Part shown: one piece after another, positions 17,788-27,059 of the stretch | Numbering within the stretch: position 1 is the first letter of the stretch | How the letters are laid out: each line of letters starts with the position of its first letter | NCBI GenBank assembly: GCA_048885865.1 | Contig: JBHLLF010000025.1 | Span: 4,179-37,816 of the forward strand | Reading direction: 5' to 3' | Length of the DNA: 33,638 bases | Source: Candidatus Hermodarchaeota archaeon | GTDB lineage: Archaea > Asgardarchaeota > Thorarchaeia > Thorarchaeales > Thorarchaeaceae | Notes under the pieces: generated by a model | What the model was told of the DNA's origin: nothing | The model's input: only the letters and a program-made list of their open reading frames with translations | Database searches by the model: none | Program-made: the position numbers and the translations under genes

Positions 17788-17795
17788 TTTAAAAA
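17788..17795. promoter_or_regulatory. Candidate shared TATA element between divergent pseI and pseF
   Basis: TTTAAAAA (TTTTTAAA on the other strand) about 47 and 49 nt from the two start codons. Confidence 0.4.
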
Positions 17796-17843
17796 GAGGT
17801 TGTTAATGCCTACTTATCACACTTACTCCGCGATGTCATTCAA

Positions 17844-18614
17844 ATGAAGACAAAAATAGTCGCTGTTATTCAGGCAAGAATGGGATCTTCTCGATTTCCT
17901 GGAAAATCGATGGAGAAGATTGGACACTGGCCACTTGTGGAGCTTGTGTTAAAACGAGTACAACGATCTAGGGTTGATGTGGTTGTGCTTGCAACATCTA
18001 CGAGCCCGTTAGATGATGTTCTCGCAGAATACGTTGATAGCTTAGGATTTCCAGTTTTCAGAGGGTCTGAGGAGGATGTCCTCTCTCGATTTCATCAAGC
18101 CGCAGAGAAATATGACCCGGAAACTGTTGTACGAATAACAGGTGACTGCCCATTGATATCCCCCACTCTAATTGATTATGCGATAGATGTCTTTGAAGAG
18201 CACAATGTAGACTATCTTTCTCTTGCTATTGGAGATGAGAAACCTGCTGCATATCCACGTGGATTCGATGTTGAGGTCGCTAGATTCGCATCTCTTACTG
18301 AAGCAGTTACTAATGCAACCAAAGAATACGAGCGTGAACATGTTATGCCTTATCTTTACACACATCCAGACTCATACTCCGTTCACTATATTGAACCCAC
18401 ACCTGAGTACTCTAGGCCAAGCTATCGTCTCTGCGTTGATTCGAAGCTTGACTTTGATTTAATTCTGAAGCTCCATGATTTCTTTGGAGATCGACTGATT
18501 GATGCAGATTCACTTGATATAATCCACTACTTGGACAGCAATCCCGAGGTAGCAGCAATAAATGCCTCAGTCAAACAGAAGCACTTCAAAGATACTGCCT
18601 CAAAAACAGGATAA
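17844..18614 (+). CDS. SpsF/PseF-type nonulosonate cytidylyltransferase
   Basis: 'IQARMGSSRFPGK', 'FRGSEEDVLSRF', 'VRITGDCP', 'YPRGFDVE', 'EREHV', 'RLCVD'. Confidence 0.85.
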   Translation: MKTKIVAVIQARMGSSRFPGKSMEKIGHWPLVELVLKRVQRSRVDVVVLATSTSPLDDVLAEYVDSLGFPVFRGSEEDVLSRFHQAAEKYDPETVVRITGDCPLISPTLIDYAIDVFEEHNVDYLSLAIGDEKPAAYPRGFDVEVARFASLTEAVTNATKEYEREHVMPYLYTHPDSYSVHYIEPTPEYSRPSYRLCVDSKLDFDLILKLHDFFGDRLIDADSLDIIHYLDSNPEVAAINASVKQKHFKDTASKTG

Positions 18615-18634
18615 TAAGATTCAAAACTGGAACG

Positions 18635-19720
18635 TTGTTTTTGGTGAGAGAATGTAGCAATCTGACGTTAGAGCGTGATTTGATTTTGAAAAAACTAGAG
18701 GATGAGATTTGGAATTGTATTCAAGGCAATGTTGTCTTGATAACAGGTGGTACTGGCTACCTAGGGAAATCACTTGCAGCTAGATTTCTGAAATATGAGC
18801 CACAGTCCATACGAATCTTCAGCAGGGATGAAGTGAAACATTTTCGATTCAATAATCTTTTCGAAAATAATCCCAAATTTCGCAACCTAATTGGTGACGT
18901 GCGGGACTATGACAGAATATTCAGAGCAGCAGAGGATGTTGATATTCTCATCCATGCAGCGGCTTTGAAACGAATTGATATCCTCGAATACAATGTTACT
19001 GAATCGATTAAGACCAATATAATAGGCTCTATGAATGTAGCAAATGCTGCACTTAGACGCGCGGTGAAACGCGCATTGTTTGTGTCAACCGACAAGGCAT
19101 GTTCTCCTCTGAATTCGTACGGTGCCTGTAAACTACTCGGAGAGAGAATATTCACAGAGATGAATTATAGCAAGGGCAGATCACAAACCATATTGAGTTC
19201 AGTACGATATGGCAATGTCCTTGCCAGTACCGGATCCATAATTCCCTTCTTCAAGCAGAAAATTGAGAGCGGTGAACCAATCCCTCTAACTCATCCAGAT
19301 ATGACACGGTTCATCATTTCTGCAGAACAGGCTGTTGATTTAGTCCTGAAAGCATTGGTGTTCAGTGTTGGGGGTGAAGTTATCATTCCGAATATTCCTT
19401 CAACCAAGACGGTGGATTTGATTGAAGCACTGAAGACAGTCTTGAATGCTGATAATGAGATTGAGGAAGTAGGAATCAGACCTGGAGAGAAGATACATGA
19501 GGTCTTGATCAATGAGTTTGAGATTCCATTTACCTACAAATATGAAGATATCTTTACAATAGCCTCTCTTATTGAGAGATATCATTCAATTGAAACGCCA
19601 ATATATCAGAAGAAGGGTACAAAGCTAGATAGTTCGAAAATGAAAGAGTACTCATCGAAAGACCATCTTCTATCACAAGGCAAACTCATCGATTATCTCA
19701 AGAGCCTTGATCTTCTATAG
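18635..19720 (+). CDS. pseB: UDP-GlcNAc 4,6-dehydratase (inverting), PseB/FlaA1 family
   Basis: 'ITGGTG', 'FSRDEVK', 'IGDVRD', 'HAAALK', 'STDKACSP', 'YGACKL', 'VRYGNV', 'MTRF', 'GIRPGEKIHE'. The exact start is uncertain. Confidence 0.8.
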   Translation: MFLVRECSNLTLERDLILKKLEDEIWNCIQGNVVLITGGTGYLGKSLAARFLKYEPQSIRIFSRDEVKHFRFNNLFENNPKFRNLIGDVRDYDRIFRAAEDVDILIHAAALKRIDILEYNVTESIKTNIIGSMNVANAALRRAVKRALFVSTDKACSPLNSYGACKLLGERIFTEMNYSKGRSQTILSSVRYGNVLASTGSIIPFFKQKIESGEPIPLTHPDMTRFIISAEQAVDLVLKALVFSVGGEVIIPNIPSTKTVDLIEALKTVLNADNEIEEVGIRPGEKIHEVLINEFEIPFTYKYEDIFTIASLIERYHSIETPIYQKKGTKLDSSKMKEYSSKDHLLSQGKLIDYLKSLDLL

Positions 19721-19748
19721 CGACACGATTCAATCCTGGGGTGGTTGA

Positions 19749-20885
19749 TTGAAAATACCTTATGGAAAACAATGGATCACTGATGATGACTACGAGAAGG
19801 TTCGCGAAGTTCTTGAATCGCCTTTTCTAACAACCGGTCCATTCGTAAAAGAGTTCGAAAAGGAATTTGCAGAATACGTAGGTGCGAAATATGCCGTAGC
19901 AGTATCAAATGGTACTGCAGCCCTTCATTTAGCAGCTCAGGCCCTTGACGTTTCACAAGGATCTGAAGTAATAACAACTCCGATGTCCTTTGCTGCTACG
20001 GCGAATTGCATCTTATATAATTCTGGCACGCCTGTTTTCTCAGATATAACTGAGCGTGGATTGATTGACCCTACTCTGCTATCTCAAAAACTTACCGAAA
20101 GAACAACTGGAATTATACCCGTCCACTACATGGGACTTCCAACTGATTTGGAGGCTCTATCCAGAATTGCCAAGGAGAATGATCTGTTCATCATTGAAGA
20201 TGCATGTCATGCCTTAGGAGCGAAGTACGACGGTCACCTCATTGGTGGCTGTAAGCATTCAGACCTTTCGGTATTTAGCTTTCATCCTGTCAAACATATC
20301 ACTACGGGTGAGGGTGGTATGATTACGACAAACAATGAAGAATTGTATGCAAAATTACGGATCCTTAGAACTCACGGCATTACAAAAGACCAATCTGCAT
20401 TCAAGACAAGCCATGACGAACCGTGGTATCAGGAGATGCAGTATCTAGGATTCAACTATCGATTGACGGATATTCAAGCTGCACTAGGTCTGAGTCAATT
20501 AGCACGAATTGATAAAATAGTGGCGAGAAGAAGAGAGATTGCATCGGAATACATGGACTTCTTTGATACACTCTCAGAACATGTAGTAACCATCCCAGAA
20601 ACGGAAAAGGAGTATAATTCCTACCACCTATATGTCGTGAAAATAAAGAATCCCCAAAAACGAAGAAGCTTCTTTGATTATCTAAGGGAGAAGGGGATTT
20701 ACTGTCAGGTTCACTATATACCAATATACTGGCATCCCTACTACAGGCAGAATGGGTTTGAAAATGTAGAACTGCCTAATGCTGAGAGATTCTACAAGCA
20801 AATCATATCATTGCCAATGTACCCTACTCTCACCTATGAGGAATTGGAGTTTGTCAAAGCCTCTGTGAAATCATTCTTCACCTAA
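19749..20885 (+). CDS. pseC: PLP-dependent UDP-4-keto-6-deoxy-HexNAc aminotransferase
   Basis: 'IPYGKQWI', 'SNGTAALH', 'EDACHALG', 'FSFHPVKHITTGEGG', 'LGFNYRLTDIQAALG', 'QVHYIP'. Confidence 0.88.
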   Translation: MKIPYGKQWITDDDYEKVREVLESPFLTTGPFVKEFEKEFAEYVGAKYAVAVSNGTAALHLAAQALDVSQGSEVITTPMSFAATANCILYNSGTPVFSDITERGLIDPTLLSQKLTERTTGIIPVHYMGLPTDLEALSRIAKENDLFIIEDACHALGAKYDGHLIGGCKHSDLSVFSFHPVKHITTGEGGMITTNNEELYAKLRILRTHGITKDQSAFKTSHDEPWYQEMQYLGFNYRLTDIQAALGLSQLARIDKIVARRREIASEYMDFFDTLSEHVVTIPETEKEYNSYHLYVVKIKNPQKRRSFFDYLREKGIYCQVHYIPIYWHPYYRQNGFENVELPNAERFYKQIISLPMYPTLTYEELEFVKASVKSFFT

Positions 20886-22324
20886 CCTGAGTCAATGAAA
20901 TCTTTTAGGAAGGTCTTGATATTCTCCAGAGCATTCACCTTGAAGTAATAATCTACGTCATGGCGTTTGGGTTTTTTATTCTGTTTAATGAACCCAACTA
21001 ACTCTTCTGGAGTTGACACTTTTGTTGCAAGTCCCCGTTCGAGGAGTGAGGTCATGATTTCGATGCAAGGGGCATCAACCAAATATGACTGCAAACCAAA
21101 AACAAGCCCTTCATAGATAGCTGTCGAACAAACGCCAATTTGAATTGAGCAATCTGGGAATAGACCATGCAGTCTTTCCCCTGGATTATCAACGACTTTG
21201 ACATCACTGGCAGCTAATTCTGGATATTGCTCCCTCCAACCAACGCACTCTCTAGGATGAAGTTTGTATAGTATGGTATACTCCTTACCAAGTTCCTTGT
21301 TCAAAGCAACTGCAAATCTTGAGAGAATGTTTCCGATGATTCCTTGGGAAATGAAAAGTATCTGCCTTCTTTCGGAAACCTCTGCTATCTCACTTCTCCT
21401 CTTATCCAGATATGGGAAACCAACACTTACAATGTGCCCATCATCTACAGGGAATTCCACACCCGATTTCCAGTGATCACCCCATACTAAAAGGTAATCC
21501 GGGAACATTTCCTTTAATCGAAACTCTCCAGCGAATGCGTACCCAAGGTGCTGAGGATGAATGACCCCGTGCTGGAGTTCTACACAGGGCACTCCCTGAA
21601 TCTTGCAGGCTTCTATGATGTCCTCTCTGCCATAAGCCTGAACCATAACAACAACCTTGGGCTGAATTTTCCCAAGCATCTTTACATAGTACGGTAATCT
21701 CACAGCTCGTTCTTCAAGTATTCTTTTTGTAAGTGATTTGATGTTCATGGCAAACTCAAATCTTTTCAGAATCTCTCGATGAATCTTTTCTAAAACCTCA
21801 GCTTCAGACTCTGTGAGTACAACATTAACGATACCCAGTCTTCTCTTTAGAAATGACATGAATTCAAAGTAATCAAAATAGCGCAGACCTGCAGTCTTTG
21901 CTGGTGAATAATGTTGGTCATTGAAATGCGTTTCAACAGCTACTGAACTTGATCCTAGATTCTCTATGATTGGGTCTGAGTAAATATCCCACCATAGACC
22001 ATCCTCTTCAAGAAACCTCCTTGATGTACAGATAAACAGAATATCGGCTTTCGGAGCTATTAGAGGATTCCTGCCAAATCGAAAAGCTGAAAGCAGCAAT
22101 CTCTTCAATCTTGCGAACTTTGATTTGAATGGTGTCCTATGCACCGCTCCTGCACTAGCCCGTCTTATAATTGCTGCAAATACTTGGAATCTGATTCGTT
22201 CCCAGAACTTGACTCCACCTGCTTTTGCGGAGAACAAGTCGAGCTCCTCTTCCATCTTGAGGAAATTTATGAAATCATTCTCCAAGCTCATTTCTGCCTC
22301 TCCAAAGGTCTTGCATTCGGTCAC
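20882..22324 (-). CDS. Putative GT-B fold glycosyltransferase (candidate nonulosonate transferase)
   Basis: 'VELQHG', 'PDYLLVWGDHW', 'VGFPY', 'ILFISQ', 'YKLHPRE', 'STAIYEG'; adjacent to the pse genes. Confidence 0.55.
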   Translation of the reverse strand: MTECKTFGEAEMSLENDFINFLKMEEELDLFSAKAGGVKFWERIRFQVFAAIIRRASAGAVHRTPFKSKFARLKRLLLSAFRFGRNPLIAPKADILFICTSRRFLEEDGLWWDIYSDPIIENLGSSSVAVETHFNDQHYSPAKTAGLRYFDYFEFMSFLKRRLGIVNVVLTESEAEVLEKIHREILKRFEFAMNIKSLTKRILEERAVRLPYYVKMLGKIQPKVVVMVQAYGREDIIEACKIQGVPCVELQHGVIHPQHLGYAFAGEFRLKEMFPDYLLVWGDHWKSGVEFPVDDGHIVSVGFPYLDKRRSEIAEVSERRQILFISQGIIGNILSRFAVALNKELGKEYTILYKLHPRECVGWREQYPELAASDVKVVDNPGERLHGLFPDCSIQIGVCSTAIYEGLVFGLQSYLVDAPCIEIMTSLLERGLATKVSTPEELVGFIKQNKKPKRHDVDYYFKVNALENIKTFLKDFIDSG

Positions 22325-23382
22325 ACAGCTTGTAATCTTGTCTCAATATTATGTGTCACAACACTAATCTCACTCTCATGATATCCCAGCTTGTCTATCC
22401 ATTTACGTAAGGGCTCAAACTGATCCCGCTCCTCCTCCTTAAACATACGGTCCTTACCAAACTCGCCTGCTAGATTTCCAGAGGAATCGAACCATGGTGG
22501 ATTGAAATTCTGGAATCTCTCTGGAATTAGTTTGATATTCACATATTTCTTAGCTTGTGTGAAATGGAGAAGGCTTCTTGTGATCTCCCTTGGATCAGCA
22601 ACTAATCCCTCATAGCGGACTATCCTGACACGTTCACTGCCGAATTCATTGAACGCATCTTCAAGAGCTTTGAATTCTTCTGAGATTTGCCAACAGATAC
22701 GATATACAAGTGGTTTGTTTCTGACACCCTCCCAGCCTCTTGGAGGGACTCCCCATGTACCATATTTCTTGAGATTCCTTATATCTTGTGGGAATCTTGG
22801 CGGTCGTACTCTTCTTAGGTATGAATTCGCCACAGCTCTCGGGTCTCTTATTGTGAAGATATATCTTGCATCGGGAAAAACATGGTCTATAATTGAGATG
22901 AAGCTCAAGAAAGCGGGCGCCTTGTCTAATATTCTGAATTTCACTCCTCCCCGAGTGAACCCTTGCCTTATTCCCCGATATTCGAGCCTAACGAGATCTG
23001 CAATCCTAGATAGGTCTGCGGGCTTGTAGGGTTTGCTATCGATATCCTCCCTAGACCTATGAACTCCTGACTTGAACCATAGGAAAGCTCCTTCCACTGG
23101 AATCTGCTTGATACTTCTCGTTAGCTGATAGTTATCCTTGCCCCAGTTTCCGTGTCCATAGAGACCTTTGTTTCTTCTCGTGCGTCTTACAGGAGTGGTA
23201 AAATCGGAAGATAGTGCAAGCAAATCATAGAGCAGATAGGATCCTGTCCGCATAAGACCCGAGATGAACACAGGGCTCTCTAATGCTATTTTGGAATGCA
23301 ATAGTCGATTAGGCAGTCGTTTCTTGAACCTGTCATATGTCTCTTCAAGGAATCTTATTGCATTCATTGGCATTTTGGACAC
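22321..23382 (-). CDS. PAPS-dependent sulfotransferase
   Basis: 5'-PSB 'PVFISGLMRTGS', 'LDKAP', 3'-PB 'IRDPRAVANS', 'VRYEGLVADP'. Confidence 0.85.
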   Translation of the reverse strand: MSKMPMNAIRFLEETYDRFKKRLPNRLLHSKIALESPVFISGLMRTGSYLLYDLLALSSDFTTPVRRTRRNKGLYGHGNWGKDNYQLTRSIKQIPVEGAFLWFKSGVHRSREDIDSKPYKPADLSRIADLVRLEYRGIRQGFTRGGVKFRILDKAPAFLSFISIIDHVFPDARYIFTIRDPRAVANSYLRRVRPPRFPQDIRNLKKYGTWGVPPRGWEGVRNKPLVYRICWQISEEFKALEDAFNEFGSERVRIVRYEGLVADPREITRSLLHFTQAKKYVNIKLIPERFQNFNPPWFDSSGNLAGEFGKDRMFKEEERDQFEPLRKWIDKLGYHESEISVVTHNIETRLQAV

Positions 23383-23453
23383 CCAGATGCTACCAGAGGT
23401 CTGAGGTGGGAGCTTTGTCGTTTATAAATATAGTATTGCCTGCTTGACGCATT

Positions 23454-25022
23454 TCAAATGAGTCCAGCTTTTTGAGCGAATTTCCTATAGCCTTTCATAA
23501 GCAGCTTAACGATGTTGCGTCTCAAGTTGAACCTAATCCATTTCTCATCAGTTGGTTCCTTGAAGAACCTCCCGAAGTTGGCTGCGTATTCATCCTCTGA
23601 TTGGTATGTCATTAGATGCCTAACAGCTCCCGGCGAGAATACAAGCTCGACATCAGGGTTCTCACCCCTAATGGGATGCACCTGTATCTTGCTTTTTCCA
23701 GTTACCTCTACATGGAACCGACTACCCTCTATCTCATAGTCAATAACCGCTCCTGCTTTTAACCCCTCAAAGATCTTTGGATGGTTTGAAAGATAGGACA
23801 TGAATTGACTCTTGAGCGGATGGTCTTCCGCAGATAGCATATGAGCACCTGTTTCAGCATTTAGTAGAAATGTAGTGAGCTCAAGAATCTGAAGTTTACT
23901 GCCAATCGATCTTGCACCATCCCTAAGGCCTCTGAAGCAAAACGGACATGCTGTAATGAGAATGTCAGAATTGGTGTCCTCCGCTTCTCTAACGCGATCA
24001 GCAGCAATTCTTTCAGCCAACTTCCCATGAGAGCTCTTCACTCCGCCTCCCGCCCCACAGCAACGCGCGTATCTTTTGTTCGTGAGCATCTCGACAAGTT
24101 CTACATTACCGACTGATTCAATGACTCGGCGAGGAGCCTCATAGACCTCCGAATGCCGACCCAGATGACAAGGATCGTGATAGGTCACTCGGAGCTTGTC
24201 TGCAAACCCAAAGGATACCTTTCCTTCTCTCACAAGTTGGTCTAGGAATTCCGTTATGTGAAGTACTTGAAAATCGTAGTCATGACCTGCTTGAGGAATG
24301 TCTATCTTCCAAGTCCTGAAGCAACCCGCACAAGCAGTTACAACTACCTTTGCACCAGTGTTCTTTACAGCATCTATGTTATGCTTGGTTAGATTTGCAA
24401 ACATGCTCTTCCTCCCCAGTCTTAGAAGGACTGAACTACAGCACCTTTCATCTTGAAGTATTGTATAGTCGATGTTCATCTTGTCAAGCAGCTGCACAGT
24501 TGACACCGCAATCTCCTTCTCACGTACTGAACTCGTACAGCCCACAAAGAAGACAACCTCTGCGGTCTCCGGAAACTGGCGTTCGCCAAAAGCTAGATGG
24601 CGCATTGCATGGTCCTCTTTGTATGGATTGTAATGGCTTATAATCGAGTTTTCAATATCGATGTGCTTCTCGAATCCGTACCCTGCTTCAACAAGGTCAT
24701 TTCGTAATGCTTCACTCATCTCAGGGAGTCTTATCCCCTCTGCAGTCGCCGTGCAGGTTTCCTGGCAGTTTCTGCAAGTTGTGCATGAGTACGCCCAGCT
24801 TACTAGATCCTCATCCACATCAAGCTTCCCAGCCAAAAGGTCATTCATAATCATAATTCGGCCTCTTGAGGTGTAGGCTTCAAATCCAAGGACATTCTTT
24901 ACCGCACAAGGATGAAACACATCTCGACCTGACGCAATGGTCTTGTCAGCAAGAGAACAATCGCCACATCTTGCACACAAGAATAGGTCCTCTGCGTATT
25001 TCTCCAGATTCCTGTACTCCAT
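23454..25022 (-). CDS. Fe-S oxidoreductase (GlcF/HdrD-like; 2x[4Fe-4S] plus two CCG domains) with C-terminal SCP2-like domain
   Basis: 'CARCGDC', 'CTTCRNCQETC', 'FVGC..ERCC..TACAGC', 'YHDPCHL..CCGAGGG..TACPFC'; extra ~125-aa C-terminal region with 'VIDYEIEG..FHVEV..PDVELVFS'. Confidence 0.85.
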   Translation of the reverse strand: MEYRNLEKYAEDLFLCARCGDCSLADKTIASGRDVFHPCAVKNVLGFEAYTSRGRIMIMNDLLAGKLDVDEDLVSWAYSCTTCRNCQETCTATAEGIRLPEMSEALRNDLVEAGYGFEKHIDIENSIISHYNPYKEDHAMRHLAFGERQFPETAEVVFFVGCTSSVREKEIAVSTVQLLDKMNIDYTILQDERCCSSVLLRLGRKSMFANLTKHNIDAVKNTGAKVVVTACAGCFRTWKIDIPQAGHDYDFQVLHITEFLDQLVREGKVSFGFADKLRVTYHDPCHLGRHSEVYEAPRRVIESVGNVELVEMLTNKRYARCCGAGGGVKSSHGKLAERIAADRVREAEDTNSDILITACPFCFRGLRDGARSIGSKLQILELTTFLLNAETGAHMLSAEDHPLKSQFMSYLSNHPKIFEGLKAGAVIDYEIEGSRFHVEVTGKSKIQVHPIRGENPDVELVFSPGAVRHLMTYQSEDEYAANFGRFFKEPTDEKWIRFNLRRNIVKLLMKGYRKFAQKAGLI

Positions 25023-26465
25023 CTATTGGTTCCCTCCTGTGAACACAGCGGGAGCCAGGATATTTTCTGGGTCTAGGGCCTTCTTTATCTTCCAGTAGGT
25101 TTCAAGGAATGTCTTGTCGGTCCTCTTGTGAGCTCTGCTCTCCCATAGAATGCCCTGCCAGTAAGGGCAGCCTCCGGTTTCAATGATTGTATCAAGCATC
25201 TCATTCCATATCTTGGTCGCTAAATCCATCTTTTCCCTATTTGGTGGGAAGAGCGTGATCCATCCAGTGGCATATGCTCTATCAGCGCCCAGGCAGCTAG
25301 CAATCCATTTGATTCCGTTCTTCAGCATCTTATGTTTGTCAAATATGGCCCAGAGCTTCTTCATGAGAAATGGAATTGTGGTTATCGGTCTTAGATGACA
25401 AGTATTCAACCAAAATCCGTTATTGTAGAGCGGTTGAACAAGATTGAATAGCTCAGTCCAGTGCATTTGTGATGCAAAGTTCCCTAGGTCTTTCCCTCCG
25501 TTCTCAAAAGCTATCTCTCTCACAATCTCCATCTTACGCTGAGCTAGCTGTTCGTCTGTCTCTTGAACTATCGATGCAAACATAGCATGAATCTCGGGGT
25601 GACTGTCTAGGAATCCGGGAAAGAACGTGTCAGTAGACTGTCTATCCGCTAGGAGATTGAGTTCCTCTGTTAAGCCTCGTTTCTGAACTTCCAGGAAGGC
25701 GGCTGTTGCCTCTTCGAGCGTCTTGAATCCAAAGTCTCCATATGTAATGTGCTCTGCTTTGGGGTAAATCTTGAGGGTGACCTTCGTCTTGATTCCGAGG
25801 GTGCCATGATCACCAAGGAATATTCCAGTCAAGTCGTTGTATGTTGAATACCTTCCGAAGAGTTCCGCTCCTTCATTCCAGCCCGTTCCGGTCTTGATAA
25901 CCTCACCACTTGCTAGCACGACCTCCAGAGAAACCACCCCTTCAGTTGAAGGACCATACTTCGATGCAGCATAGCCAATGCTGTTTATGCTCGTGGACCC
26001 GCCTACAGTCCCCACATTTCCACCATATGGACCTCGGAATCCGAGTTTGTAGCCCTTCTCATCAAGACGATGTATGAGTTCCGCCCATCTCTGGCCAGCT
26101 TCAACAGTGACTGTCATGACATCCTCATTAATCCTGATTATTTTGTCCATCTTTACCATGTCAAGCATAACTGCTCCTGGAACCCTCGGAAGGCAAGCAC
26201 CGCATATCCCGTTCCTTCCGCCTGCAGGTACGAGTGGTGTGTTGGACTTTCTACATAGATTCACAATGGCCTGTATCTCTTCAACACTCTCAGGCATCAC
26301 CACAATACCCGGTCTTTCTGCTGTGATATGGCAAGCGTCCTGACTGTAGGATGAGATGATGATCGGATTGTCATTGACTCTGGCTTCGCCAACTATGCCC
26401 TTGATCTCATTATATAGTGGATGATTGCCGGCAGGCTCTATAATTGTCAAAGGAGGTTCCCTCAA
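25023..26465 (-). CDS. FAD-binding oxidoreductase (VAO/PCMH/GlcD superfamily)
   Basis: 'VVMPESVEEIQ', 'PAGGRNG', 'VTVEAG', 'TVGG', 'LEVVLASGEV', 'GTLGIKT', 'IKKALDPENILAP'; abuts the Fe-S gene. Confidence 0.88.
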   Translation of the reverse strand: MREPPLTIIEPAGNHPLYNEIKGIVGEARVNDNPIIISSYSQDACHITAERPGIVVMPESVEEIQAIVNLCRKSNTPLVPAGGRNGICGACLPRVPGAVMLDMVKMDKIIRINEDVMTVTVEAGQRWAELIHRLDEKGYKLGFRGPYGGNVGTVGGSTSINSIGYAASKYGPSTEGVVSLEVVLASGEVIKTGTGWNEGAELFGRYSTYNDLTGIFLGDHGTLGIKTKVTLKIYPKAEHITYGDFGFKTLEEATAAFLEVQKRGLTEELNLLADRQSTDTFFPGFLDSHPEIHAMFASIVQETDEQLAQRKMEIVREIAFENGGKDLGNFASQMHWTELFNLVQPLYNNGFWLNTCHLRPITTIPFLMKKLWAIFDKHKMLKNGIKWIASCLGADRAYATGWITLFPPNREKMDLATKIWNEMLDTIIETGGCPYWQGILWESRAHKRTDKTFLETYWKIKKALDPENILAPAVFTGGNQ

Positions 26466-26576
26466 TGCAATCTGAAAGTAATCCGCTATAAGTAGTCAAC
26501 GTCAGTATTAGTTGGGCCAGTCATCGAGAACTCTTTATCTAGCAATGCAAGAAACACAGAAGTGTGTGAGACAGTG

Positions 26577-27059
26577 ATGAAGAGATTAGCTGTTGTCTTG
26601 GGCCGCGGTGGTCATACAGCACAGACATTCGCCCTTGTGGATCTTCTAGGCACACGATTCAGCTATGTCTACCTGATTGGCATTCTCGATCGTCTAACAC
26701 CAAAGAAGATCAGGATTGAAGGAAGGGTTCTACCTGTCTTTGCACCAAGACTGCTTCCTCAGGATTCTCGGACCATGTCAGTGATACGTACAGTATTCAC
26801 ATTGCTTTTGTCAATCATCTATTTAGTATTATATAGGCCTGTGGCTGTGGTTAGCTGTGGGACCGGACTCACAGTTCCCATCTTCTATGCAGCCCGCCTC
26901 CTTGGTGTTAGGACAGTCTTTATTGAGAGCATGTCTAGAGTGGAGTCGCTCTCCATAACTGGAAGATTGCTGCTAGGAAAAACAGACCTCTTTCTGGTTC
27001 AATGGCCCGGCCTTGCTGAAATCGTCCCGAATGCAATATATGGAGGGCAACTGCTTTGA
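26577..27059 (+). CDS. alg14: ALG14-like UDP-GlcNAc transferase subunit (Alg14/CpsF/PssD family)
   Basis: 'VVLGRGGHT', 'RP..VVSCGTGLTVP', 'VFIESMSRVESLSITGRLL..DLFLVQWP'. Start chosen at ATG 26577. Confidence 0.85.
   Translation: MKRLAVVLGRGGHTAQTFALVDLLGTRFSYVYLIGILDRLTPKKIRIEGRVLPVFAPRLLPQDSRTMSVIRTVFTLLLSIIYLVLYRPVAVVSCGTGLTVPIFYAARLLGVRTVFIESMSRVESLSITGRLLLGKTDLFLVQWPGLAEIVPNAIYGGQLL

Noticed and set aside
25023-26465. Call as glcD, D-lactate dehydrogenase or alkyl-DHAP synthase
   Set aside because: The C-terminal catalytic His motifs of those families are absent, so I left it at superfamily level.
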